Origin: Flavobacteriales bacterium
Lineage (GTDB): Bacteria; Bacteroidota; Bacteroidia; Palsa-965
Assembly: GCA_040377305.1 (NCBI GenBank)
Contig: JBEIPA010000043.1
Span: 1 to 29,099, forward strand
DNA: 29,099 nt
Reading direction: 5' to 3'
Part shown: in pieces, positions 17,801 to 24,959 of the stretch
Position numbering within the stretch: the stretch's first letter is position 1
Layout of the letters: each line of letters opens with the position of its first letter
The notes under the pieces: generated by a model
The model's database searches: none
What the model saw: the letters and a program-made list of their open reading frames with translations, nothing else
Told to the model about the DNA's origin: nothing
Made by a program: the position numbers and the translations under genes

Positions 17801-20103
17801 ACGCTGCTTACAATAAGATCATCGCATCCGCAGATTCATTGTTTAAACTTCCAGATTACACTGCTGCAAAGACCAAGTATAGGGAAGCGAACACTTCACG
17901 TCCGGGCGAACAGTATCCAAAGGATCAGATGGCGAAGTGCGATGCTGAGATAGCGAAGCTCGGAAAAGACAAACAGTACGCGGATCTGATTTCGAAAGCC
18001 GATGCCAAATTCGGAACTTCAGATTGGGCCGGAGCGAAAACTATTTACCAGCAAGCGTCGGGTGTAAAACCGGATGAAGCGTATCCGAAAGAACAGATTA
18101 CGAAGTGTGATGCAAATATTGCAGGTGCAAAGGATGCTGCTTACAACAAGATCGTAGCAAAGGCTGATTCCTTGTTCAAAGTTCCGGACTATCTGGCTGC
18201 CAAGCTGAAGTATAAGGAGGCAAGTACTGCTCGTCCTGATGATCAATATCCGAAAGATCAGATCGTGAAGTGCGATGCTGAGATTGCAAAACAAGGAAAA
18301 GACAAACAGTACAGTGATCTCATTACAAAAGCGGATGCTAAGTTCAACGCTTCTGATTGGGCTGGTGCAAAACCACTTTACCAGCAGGCTTCGGGTGTTA
18401 AAACAGAAGAACAGTATCCGAAAGATCAGATTGCAAAATGTGATCAGAACATTGCAGGGGCAAAGGATGCTGCATACAACAGAATAATAGCGAAAGCTGA
18501 TTCACTTTTCAAGGTTCCGGATTACTCCGCTGCCAAAGTGAAGTACAAAGAAGCGAGCACGCAACGTCCGGATGATCAATATCCGAAAGATCAGATGGCG
18601 AAGTGTGATGTTGAGATTGCGAAACTAGGCAAAGACAAACAGTACACGGACCTGATCGCCAAAGCAGATGCTAAGTTCAATACTTCATTGTGGACCGAAG
18701 CGAAGGCCCTTTACCAGCAGGCTTCCGGTGTTAAGACCGAAGAGCAGTATCCGAAAGATCAGATTGCAAAGTGTGATGAAAATCTTGCCAACGCAGGAAC
18801 GCAGGCGAAGTATGATGCTGCAATCAAAGCTGCAGATGCAAAATTCAAGCTCAACGACTGGAACGGAGCGAAGGCAAAGTATCAGGAAGCGTTGACGGTT
18901 AAGTCAGGCGAACAATATCCTACGGATCAGATCAGGATTTGTGACGACAACATAGCAAACGCTGCGAACAAGAAATACGCGGATGCGATTGCTGCTGCTG
19001 ATGTGAAATTCGGCGCTGTAGATTACTCCGGCGCAAAAGCAAAATATCAGGAAGCTTCAACCATGCGTCCGAATGAGCAGTACCCGAAAGATCAGATTGC
19101 GAAATGTGATGCGGAGATTGCGAAGCAGGGTCTTGATAAAACATACAACGCTGCAATCGCTGCTGCTGATACGAAGTTTAAAGCATCTGACTGGAACGGT
19201 GCGAAAGCTAAATACGAGGAAGCACTTGGAATCAAAGAAGGTGAGCAGTATCCAACCGATCAGATCAAACTCTGTGAAAAGAATCTTGCAGATGCCATGG
19301 GTCTTGAAGATCGTTACGCACACTTTATTCAACATGCCGATTCTGCATTCAAGGTGGAAGACTACGAATCTGCAAAGTCTGGTTACGAGAGCGCACTGGG
19401 TGTAAAACCTGCGCAGGCTTATCCTACAGCACAGCTTGCCGAAATCAACAAGCGACTTGCAGCAATTGAAGCCGCTCAGGCAAAGGACGCCAAGTATCGC
19501 GCTACGATTGCGAAGGCGGATAGTTTGTTTACTGCAAAAGATTTTAAAGCAGCGAAAATTCAGTATCAGTCTGCGTCAACACAGAAACCTGGAGAGCAAT
19601 ATCCGAAAGACAGATTGGCTATGTGCGATACGGAAGTTGCGAATGCAGCGTTTGAAGCAGCGAAACGGAAAAAGTACGACGATCTGATTAAGAAAGCTGA
19701 CGTGAAGTTTAACGCCGGTGCATTTGCCGATGCGAAGAAGCTCTATCAGGATGCGCTGAAGGAATTGCCTGTGGAATTGTATCCGAAAGAGCAGATTGCG
19801 AAGTGCGATAAGAAATTGAATCCTGTGACCAAGGATACTACGCGTACGGCAGAGCAGATCAAAGAAGATTACCGTAACGAGATTGCGAAAACTTATCCGC
19901 AGGGCTTAACGCAGATTGAGGAGAAGGATGGAGGCACTACAACAGTTAAACGTATTGTTGTAATTGGTGAACACGGATTCATCTACACCAAGAAAGTTTA
20001 CTCTTGGGGAACGTTCTACTTCAAAGATGGTGTACAGATTTCTGAAGGCACCTTCAATTACGAGACATCACCAGGATACATTTCGCAGCAGCAGCAGAAG
20101 TGA
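14887..20103 (+). CDS. Giant exported TPR-like repeat protein: N-terminal carboxypeptidase-regulatory-like domain, 26 helical repeats, small C-terminal beta domain
   Basis: Signal peptide ...LPVKLSA|Q from ATG 14887 (the ORF opens at 14809; 14851 is an alternative). GGKVTE...LEGAVITL...TTNSSGRFKF...YTVNVTKNGY is CarboxypepD_reg-like. 26 E/Q-x-YP motifs counted. Confidence 0.9.
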   Translation: MPTLFTSFSRIAAVFCLLLTVALPVKLSAQIAEPVDWRFEFGGKVTEFNEKKQKDVALEGAVITLLKGGVQEQQVTTNSSGRFKFLLAPNFEYTVNVTKNGYITKRFAISTHNVPVERGEGPFSPYDIEVGLFKLFPGLDYSCLDKPIAKILYTPVVEDFDYDKVYTASIQKCVDDLKRLEAEARAKQKLYDAAIEAADKLFGQSNWQGAKDKYNEALVYLPNEQYPKDQIIKCDEKMGASAKTEADYKAAIAEGDRLFAASDWTGAKAQYQKASGIKAGEQYPKDQIVKCDNNAAAGAKRAQYDAAIKDADAKFAAKDWAGAKTKYTEASGLFPTEVYPKDQIKKCDDEIAKAGNKAKYDAAIADADAKFKAADFANAKTKYQEASAIITTEQYPKDQIVKCDAEIAKQGLDKQYNDAIAAADAKFKSADFAGAKVDYQKASALKTAEQYPKDQIVKCDAEIAKAGLQKQYDAAIADADAKFKSSDWSGAKAKYQEASALKTGEQYPKDQIVKCDAEIAKAGLDKTYNDAIAAADAKFKASDWSGAKADYQKASALKTAEQYPKDQITKCDAEIAKAGLDKSYNDAIAAADAKFKSSDWSGAKADYQKASGLKVAEQYPKDQIVKCDAEIAKQGLDKSYNDAVAAADAKFKAKDYAGAKTKYQEASNLKSAEQYPKDQIVLCDKELAGLDLQNKYTAAIKDADAKFKLSDWTGAKAKYMEASALKGEEQYPKDQVVKCDAEIAKKGVQEQYDALIRDADTKFKAADYTNAKGVYQQALDLKSAEAYPKAQIVKCDSEIAKLGVQAQYDALIKDADSKFGTSDWAGAKAKYQEASALKTAEAYPKTQITKCDANMASDAKAAKYTNLIASADSSFKLSEWSSAKSLYQQASALKTAEQYPKDQIAKCDAEIAKVGKDKQYNDLISKADTKFSASDWAGAKAIYLQATAVKADEQYPKDQVAKCDANVTAAKDAAYNKIIASADSLFKLPDYTAAKTKYREANTSRPGEQYPKDQMAKCDAEIAKLGKDKQYADLISKADAKFGTSDWAGAKTIYQQASGVKPDEAYPKEQITKCDANIAGAKDAAYNKIVAKADSLFKVPDYLAAKLKYKEASTARPDDQYPKDQIVKCDAEIAKQGKDKQYSDLITKADAKFNASDWAGAKPLYQQASGVKTEEQYPKDQIAKCDQNIAGAKDAAYNRIIAKADSLFKVPDYSAAKVKYKEASTQRPDDQYPKDQMAKCDVEIAKLGKDKQYTDLIAKADAKFNTSLWTEAKALYQQASGVKTEEQYPKDQIAKCDENLANAGTQAKYDAAIKAADAKFKLNDWNGAKAKYQEALTVKSGEQYPTDQIRICDDNIANAANKKYADAIAAADVKFGAVDYSGAKAKYQEASTMRPNEQYPKDQIAKCDAEIAKQGLDKTYNAAIAAADTKFKASDWNGAKAKYEEALGIKEGEQYPTDQIKLCEKNLADAMGLEDRYAHFIQHADSAFKVEDYESAKSGYESALGVKPAQAYPTAQLAEINKRLAAIEAAQAKDAKYRATIAKADSLFTAKDFKAAKIQYQSASTQKPGEQYPKDRLAMCDTEVANAAFEAAKRKKYDDLIKKADVKFNAGAFADAKKLYQDALKELPVELYPKEQIAKCDKKLNPVTKDTTRTAEQIKEDYRNEIAKTYPQGLTQIEEKDGGTTTVKRIVVIGEHGFIYTKKVYSWGTFYFKDGVQISEGTFNYETSPGYISQQQQK
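15457..19818 (+). repeat. Coding array of 26 repeats of ~56 aa (168 bp)
   Basis: Consensus YDAAIAAADAKFKASDWAGAKAKYQEASALKTAEQYPKDQIVKCDAEIAKAGLDKQ; Pro codons exactly 168 bp apart from 16072 to 17752, then alternating 165/168. Confidence 0.95.
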
Positions 20104-20167
20104 TGATTAGATGATTGGATTAAAGTCTTGTATGACCATAACCAGTCACCTGTAGGTATCAGATCAT

Positions 20168-20905
20168 CTACTGTGTTCCAGTTCCGGAGACACGCGTAAA
20201 TCGGAAATATAAACCGATGCTTGCATTCGGAGCAATTGCAACAAACTTCTCACGAAAACTGAAGCACGGATTAATTCCAAAAGAGGTGAATGCAGTAATT
20301 CCAGGATAGAATTCATATCCGGCAAACAGATTCGCGGAAACGCCGACGATGTGTACGGCTCTTCCGGGCGTTGTTCCCGTTACAATTTCAATCCGCGAAC
20401 TATCCTGAATGCAGTCGCCCGTGCCTGAATCGTGGTGCGACCAAATATCAGTGTGAACAGTCACTTCAGGTCCACGAAAACTACTGATGACGTATGCGCC
20501 CACGCCATATCCGTAATTTACTTTACCGCGTTCATAAGCGAACTCCACACCCGGATTTATGCGTAGATAGTTTTGCTCCCGCGCTGTTGCATCAACTTCC
20601 AGGTGATCGATACATTCGTTAAATATGTTCTCTAGTCCGTTATAGTCGACGTGTGCCGATTGTAGTTTTCCCCAACCAACAATCAAGGTTCCTCGCAATT
20701 TGGGATCACCGATATCGAACCTGAAATTCAAGTCGATCCCATGCGGGGTCATGTATTCACTGTGAATATTGTTCCGGTTGAAAAAGCCGGTGTTGTATCG
20801 TTGATAGCGGTACGATAAGCCAATTTCATACCGTCCGGGATTTTGTGCCAGGAGTGTCGTGGAGCACAAGAGCACTGCGATTGCGAGACGTAGGGGTGTC
20901 ATCAT
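20168..20905 (-). CDS. Putative outer-membrane beta-barrel protein (PorT/OmpA-like class)
   Basis: Signal peptide LLA|Q; alternating amphipathic strands YEIGLSYRY, GIDLNFRF, YLRINPGVEFAY, ASIGLYFRF. Confidence 0.7.
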   Translation of the reverse strand: MMTPLRLAIAVLLCSTTLLAQNPGRYEIGLSYRYQRYNTGFFNRNNIHSEYMTPHGIDLNFRFDIGDPKLRGTLIVGWGKLQSAHVDYNGLENIFNECIDHLEVDATAREQNYLRINPGVEFAYERGKVNYGYGVGAYVISSFRGPEVTVHTDIWSHHDSGTGDCIQDSSRIEIVTGTTPGRAVHIVGVSANLFAGYEFYPGITAFTSFGINPCFSFREKFVAIAPNASIGLYFRFTRVSGTGTQ

Positions 20906-21044
20906 GTTTTTAGTAAGGTTAGTGATGCGGCGACACAGAAGTTGCGGTGGCGCGGCGGGTTATTTGCCGTACTATGGATGAAAGCAAGTTAGGAATTGCA
21001 TAAGCTGGCGCAAGGAAAATGTCGCCACTTTTCTGGATTCGGGC

Positions 21045-21734
21045 TTATTGCTCTTCTGAAGTCGAGTTGAAACAATAATTCAATCCAATTCCTGAAGAAA
21101 AAGTAGGGAGTAGTCCACCAGTAAGAACAACACCGGCCGAAATGCGAGCGAAAATGCTGAATGCGGGGTTGATTTTAACAATGACGCCAGTCGTAATTTC
21201 GGCACCACGTTTCATCTGCATCTTGTAGCGGCTTCTTCCCAAAACAGAAGTAGAGCTTTCGCGGTAATAAGGCTGGGAGGGATTATAACTGTATTGAGTA
21301 TAGCTCGATGCAACGGATCTCACTTTATTGACCCCAAAGGGAATAAGCGTTCGTAATCCGAGGGTGAAAAAATAATCCCCCTGCCCAAATTGAAATTCAG
21401 GACCAAGCATGAACTGAATCAGAGTGGCCTCGTAATGGTTACGTGTGGAATATCGTATTGACGAATTATAACGTGGATCGCTTCCGTTGTAGTTGTCGCA
21501 AGAATATTTGGAGCACCCAAGCCCCAAGGTCATTCTCATTGGTGAATTGCCCACTTGCGCTCTAAAACCAATTTCTAAAACTTGAGGGCCTACCGACATT
21601 GAACTGGAGTGACCCCAATATGCACTTTCATAGTTCAACGCCCTGAGGGCGCATCCTGCCTGTACTTCAAAGCGATTTTGTGCTTCAAGGTGCGAGAAAC
21701 CAAGGATCAATGCAGCAATTATCAGTAGTCGCAT
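21045..21734 (-). CDS. Putative outer-membrane beta-barrel protein
   Basis: MRLLIIAALILGFSHLEA|Q at 21734; strands FEVQAG, LEIGFRAQV, IQFMLGPEFQF, SSGIGLNYCF; -7-like TAAATTCG at 21749-21756. Confidence 0.7.
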   Translation of the reverse strand: MRLLIIAALILGFSHLEAQNRFEVQAGCALRALNYESAYWGHSSSMSVGPQVLEIGFRAQVGNSPMRMTLGLGCSKYSCDNYNGSDPRYNSSIRYSTRNHYEATLIQFMLGPEFQFGQGDYFFTLGLRTLIPFGVNKVRSVASSYTQYSYNPSQPYYRESSTSVLGRSRYKMQMKRGAEITTGVIVKINPAFSIFARISAGVVLTGGLLPTFSSGIGLNYCFNSTSEEQ

Positions 21735-21757
21735 AAAATTGCTTTTACCGAATTTAC

Positions 21758-21790
21758 AAAATGAAAACGGCACCCAAAATGGATGCCGTT
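21758..21790 (-). terminator. Intrinsic terminator after the DUF6580-like gene
   Basis: Minus strand AACGGCATCC-atttt-GGGTGCCGTT (one G-U pair) followed by TTCATTTT. Confidence 0.75.
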
Positions 21791-21808
21791 CACAGATGGA
21801 TTTGATTC

Positions 21809-22345
21809 TTACGCTCTCACCAGTGTCGGTTTCCAAACGCGAATTCCGTGGAATGCTCCGAATAGAATTGCTGTGTAGAATAGTTGGCTCAGGATTGTGT
21901 TGCCCATGAATGGAATTCCCATCACAAGTGAACTTGCAAGTCCTGCTGCATCCTGAGAGTAAAAGCTAACTGGCAGGTAGAAACCAACCACCCACATAGC
22001 TGCGTTGGTGATCACGAAGAATACGAAAACCGAAACGAGGCTTGCTGCAGTGATTGTAATGAAGTTCTGACGATCGCGGATAAACCAACCGATCATGGTA
22101 ATCAACATCATGCTGCCGTATGTCGCCCACATTGTAGCGTGGAAAGCAAAGAAAATATCAGTGATAAAAAGAGCTGCAACCGGAACAATGAGGCTCAGCC
22201 AACGATTTCCCATTGTTGCTCCAGCGAACAATGCCATTGCACCAACAGCGGTAAAGTTGAAAGGGTGGGGAATGAATCGCGAGAAAGCTGCGATGAGCAC
22301 AGCAGCGATTACAAATAATACGCGTGGAGAAAAAGCCTTGTTCAT
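21809..22345 (-). CDS. DUF6580-like putative transport membrane protein (ECF S-component-like size and topology)
   Basis: SRFIPHPFNFTAVGAMALFAGA, LFITD, FFVITN..W, GIPF.GNT motifs; 5-6 TM; ATG 22345 has a TAATTTCG box at 22363-22370. Confidence 0.8.
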   Translation of the reverse strand: MNKAFSPRVLFVIAAVLIAAFSRFIPHPFNFTAVGAMALFAGATMGNRWLSLIVPVAALFITDIFFAFHATMWATYGSMMLITMIGWFIRDRQNFITITAASLVSVFVFFVITNAAMWVVGFYLPVSFYSQDAAGLASSLVMGIPFMGNTILSQLFYTAILFGAFHGIRVWKPTLVRA

Positions 22346-22388
22346 AAACGTTGTATTTGAGGCGAAATTAAGCAATAATTCCCTAAAA

Positions 22389-22601
22389 TCAATTGGTAGG
22401 AACACCGTGCTTCTTCCGCGCTTTCTTCAGCTGTTTACGCGCTTGTTTCTCCGCTTTCTTGGTCAGTTTCTTGCGGTCTTTCGATTCCCGATCACTCGGA
22501 TGCGTTTTCGCATTTCTGTATTCGTTGGTCGGGCCGTCATTGTGTTTACACGAGGCGAAAACCAGAGAAAAGGATAATGCTGAAATAAGGAAGTACTTCA
22601 T
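22389..22601 (-). CDS. Small basic lipoprotein
   Basis: MKYFLISALSFSLVFASC lipobox then a Lys/Arg-rich tail; 70 aa. Confidence 0.7.
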   Translation of the reverse strand: MKYFLISALSFSLVFASCKHNDGPTNEYRNAKTHPSDRESKDRKKLTKKAEKQARKQLKKARKKHGVPTN

Positions 22602-22701
22602 GTATGTATAACGTGTACGGTGCAAATTAAATACATCAGGGGTTGCGGAAGTTGAAAATCCTGTGGAGTTTTTAACAAGCGAGAGAGCAATATCGCTGTC
22701 C

Positions 22702-23418
22702 TCAGTCGTTGATCATCACTTTCTGCCGACGCAAAGTCTGTTTTCCACGATCCCGAAGTGTCCAGTGAACACTGCGAACTCCATGCCGCGCATAGGAATT
22801 GTGAATTCGCACTTTGTTCATGAGTGCTCCATCAACGGAGTATTCAGTTCTCACTTCAACCCAGCGTTTATTCTCGCGATAGTTGTATTTCCATTGCTCA
22901 CGAAGAGTTCCATCCAATGTGGTGAATGTCGTATAACCCCATCTTCCTTTATGGGAAGTTTTTTGTTCTACAACTCCATATTCTCCATAGATGTAGTTTC
23001 TGGATCCGGGGCAACTGCCAATGAATTTACTGCCATAAATTCCTTCTGAATAGTTGCTTTCCGTCAACCGCCAGCCAGACACAAGTAAAGTGTCTCGAAC
23101 TAGAGGCAAAGCATACCATTGTGTCACTTGCAGCGTGTCCGAAAGTGAAAGACTCAGATAGCTTAGCCCGCGAAGTGTATCGCCCGGTAAAATGTTTTTG
23201 AGCAATTCCGTATAACGTTCCGGTTTCGCACAGATTGAAAAAATAACGAAATCGAATTGGAAACTCCTGTGTTCTTCGATGTTCGGAAACTGAACCACGC
23301 GTTGATTCAGAACATGACCGGTGATCATTAAATCTGATCGTTCAAATAGCGAGTCAAGATCTGCTGCATGAACGAGCGATGAACAAAACAAACTGATAAT
23401 GAAAATCGATTTCCGCAT
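22702..23418 (-). CDS. Exported hypothetical protein with MORN-variant-like beta hairpins at the C-terminus
   Basis: MRKSIFIISLFCSSLVHA signal peptide; TLDGTLREQWKY and YSVDGALMNKVR hairpins. Confidence 0.7.
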   Translation of the reverse strand: MRKSIFIISLFCSSLVHAADLDSLFERSDLMITGHVLNQRVVQFPNIEEHRSFQFDFVIFSICAKPERYTELLKNILPGDTLRGLSYLSLSLSDTLQVTQWYALPLVRDTLLVSGWRLTESNYSEGIYGSKFIGSCPGSRNYIYGEYGVVEQKTSHKGRWGYTTFTTLDGTLREQWKYNYRENKRWVEVRTEYSVDGALMNKVRIHNSYARHGVRSVHWTLRDRGKQTLRRQKVMIND

Positions 23419-23456
23419 GGTCAACAAATCACACTACTAAAACCGAATTGGATAGT

Positions 23457-24674
23457 TTACTTATCCAGTTTCAGGCTATGTCCAAGTTTATCCCGCTTTG
23501 TTTCGAGATATAACTTGTTGTGCTTGTTAGACGCAATCTCGAGCTCAACGTTGTCTACGATTTCGAGACCGTAGCCCATCAAGCCTACACGTTTCTTCGG
23601 ATTGTTAGACATCAAACGCAATTTGCTAACGCCGAGATCACGCAGGATCTGCGCACCCGTACCGTAATCGCGATCGTCTTCACCGAAACCTAATTCCAAA
23701 TTCGCCTGTACGGTATCGCGACCCTGTTCCTGCAGTTTGTATGCTTTGAGCTTATTCAGCAAACCAATGCCGCGACCTTCCTGGTTCATGTATAGAATCA
23801 CGCCTTTTCCTTCGCGCTGAATCATTTCCATCGCGCGGTGAAGCTGCGGTCCGCAATCGCAACGACACGAACCGAAAATATCGCCGGTCATGCACGAGCT
23901 GTGTACGCGCACTAGAATCGGTTCTTCTTTTTTCCATTCGCCTTTGTACAACGCAAGGTGTGGTTGTCCGGTTGGCAAATGCGTATAAGCAACCATTTTG
24001 AAATCGCCGTAGTCGGTTGGTAATTCAATTTCAACTTCGCGGTGAACATTCGTTTCTGTGCGAAGACGATATTCAATCAGGTCTTTAATGGAAATAATTT
24101 TCAGGTCGAATTTCTTCGCGATATCCAGAAGTTGGGGAAGACGAGCCATTGATCCGTCTTCGTTCATGATTTCAACCAATGCACCTGCAGGTTCGAATCC
24201 GGCCAGACGTGCTAGGTCAATTGTAGCTTCTGTGTGACCGGTTCTGCGCAATACACCTTCACGTTTAGCACGCAATGGAAAAATATGTCCCGGCTTTCCG
24301 AATTCTTCTTTCTTGATCGTCGGATCGATCAGCGCCTGAATTGTTTTCGCGCGATCGTGTGCAGAAATTCCAGTTGAACAGCCGTGACCTTTCAGATCGA
24401 TTGATACCGTGAAAGGCGTTTCATACGTAGCTGAATTTTCCTTCACCATCAACTGCAATCCAAGCTCATCAGCGCGGTCTTCCGTAATAGAAGCACAAAT
24501 TAATCCGCGTCCATGAGTGGCCATGAAATTGATCACTTCCGGAGTAACGTTTCGAGCGGCAGTAATGAAGTCACCCTCATTTTCACGATCCTCATCGTCG
24601 ACTACAATGACCACTTTCCCGGCCTTGATTTCTTCAATTGCCTCTTCAATCGAATTCAGCACTTTTTGCGACAT
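23457..24674 (-). CDS. ribBA: Bifunctional DHBP synthase / GTP cyclohydrolase II
   Basis: [35 protein letters not shown]; [43 protein letters not shown]; start MSQKVL at 24674. Confidence 0.97.
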   Translation of the reverse strand: MSQKVLNSIEEAIEEIKAGKVVIVVDDEDRENEGDFITAARNVTPEVINFMATHGRGLICASITEDRADELGLQLMVKENSATYETPFTVSIDLKGHGCSTGISAHDRAKTIQALIDPTIKKEEFGKPGHIFPLRAKREGVLRRTGHTEATIDLARLAGFEPAGALVEIMNEDGSMARLPQLLDIAKKFDLKIISIKDLIEYRLRTETNVHREVEIELPTDYGDFKMVAYTHLPTGQPHLALYKGEWKKEEPILVRVHSSCMTGDIFGSCRCDCGPQLHRAMEMIQREGKGVILYMNQEGRGIGLLNKLKAYKLQEQGRDTVQANLELGFGEDDRDYGTGAQILRDLGVSKLRLMSNNPKKRVGLMGYGLEIVDNVELEIASNKHNKLYLETKRDKLGHSLKLDK

Positions 24675-24697
24675 CTTATTCCAGCTATTTAGAAGTG

Positions 24698-24705
24698 CAA
24701 AGGTA
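24698..24705 (-). promoter_or_regulatory. -7 box TACCTTTG for ribBA
   Basis: Exact TAnnTTTG 23 nt upstream of ATG 24674. Confidence 0.6.
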
Positions 24706-24959
24706 CTGATAAGATCGGCAAAGCGGGGTTTTGTATTCCTGTCGGCGCTACTCTGGCGTATTCTTGTTGAGTTTTTTGTCATTTGAACACGATTTTCGCT
24801 AGTCATCTGTTTCTTGGTGAAATTTCGGAGAATCTGGCAGTCAACCAGTATCGATTCATTACCTTAATGCCGCTGAAATCCGGACGCTTTCCGTCAGGAT
24901 TCACACCCACTTGAATGACACAGTCGGGTACGAATTCAAAAAAAGAAAAATAGATTCAG

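Noticed and set aside
14733-19687. Numerous alternative-frame and antisense ORFs over the giant gene
   Set aside because: By-products of the repeat and codon bias; no independent motifs.
20015-20060. YFKDGVQIS in the giant protein resembles the KDGKRIS/KDGEKIS ends of the SPOR-like domains
   Set aside because: Too short; a generic beta-hairpin turn motif.
20915-20950. Possible ECF-sigma promoter GCAAC...GCATC upstream of the 20905 gene
   Set aside because: Spacing does not clearly fit and there is no second convincing instance.
21735-21836. Longest-ORF starts for several genes (21836, 22405, 22625, 24806, 14809)
   Set aside because: They run through terminators, promoters or neighbouring genes; downstream ATGs give proper signal peptides or family N-termini.
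22095-23049. Plus-strand ORFs 22095..22577, 22393..22611 and 22663..23049
   Set aside because: Antisense to better-supported minus-strand genes.
22702-23050. YwqK-like antitoxin call for the MORN-like gene
   Set aside because: Only about two weak hairpin repeats and no adjacent toxin.
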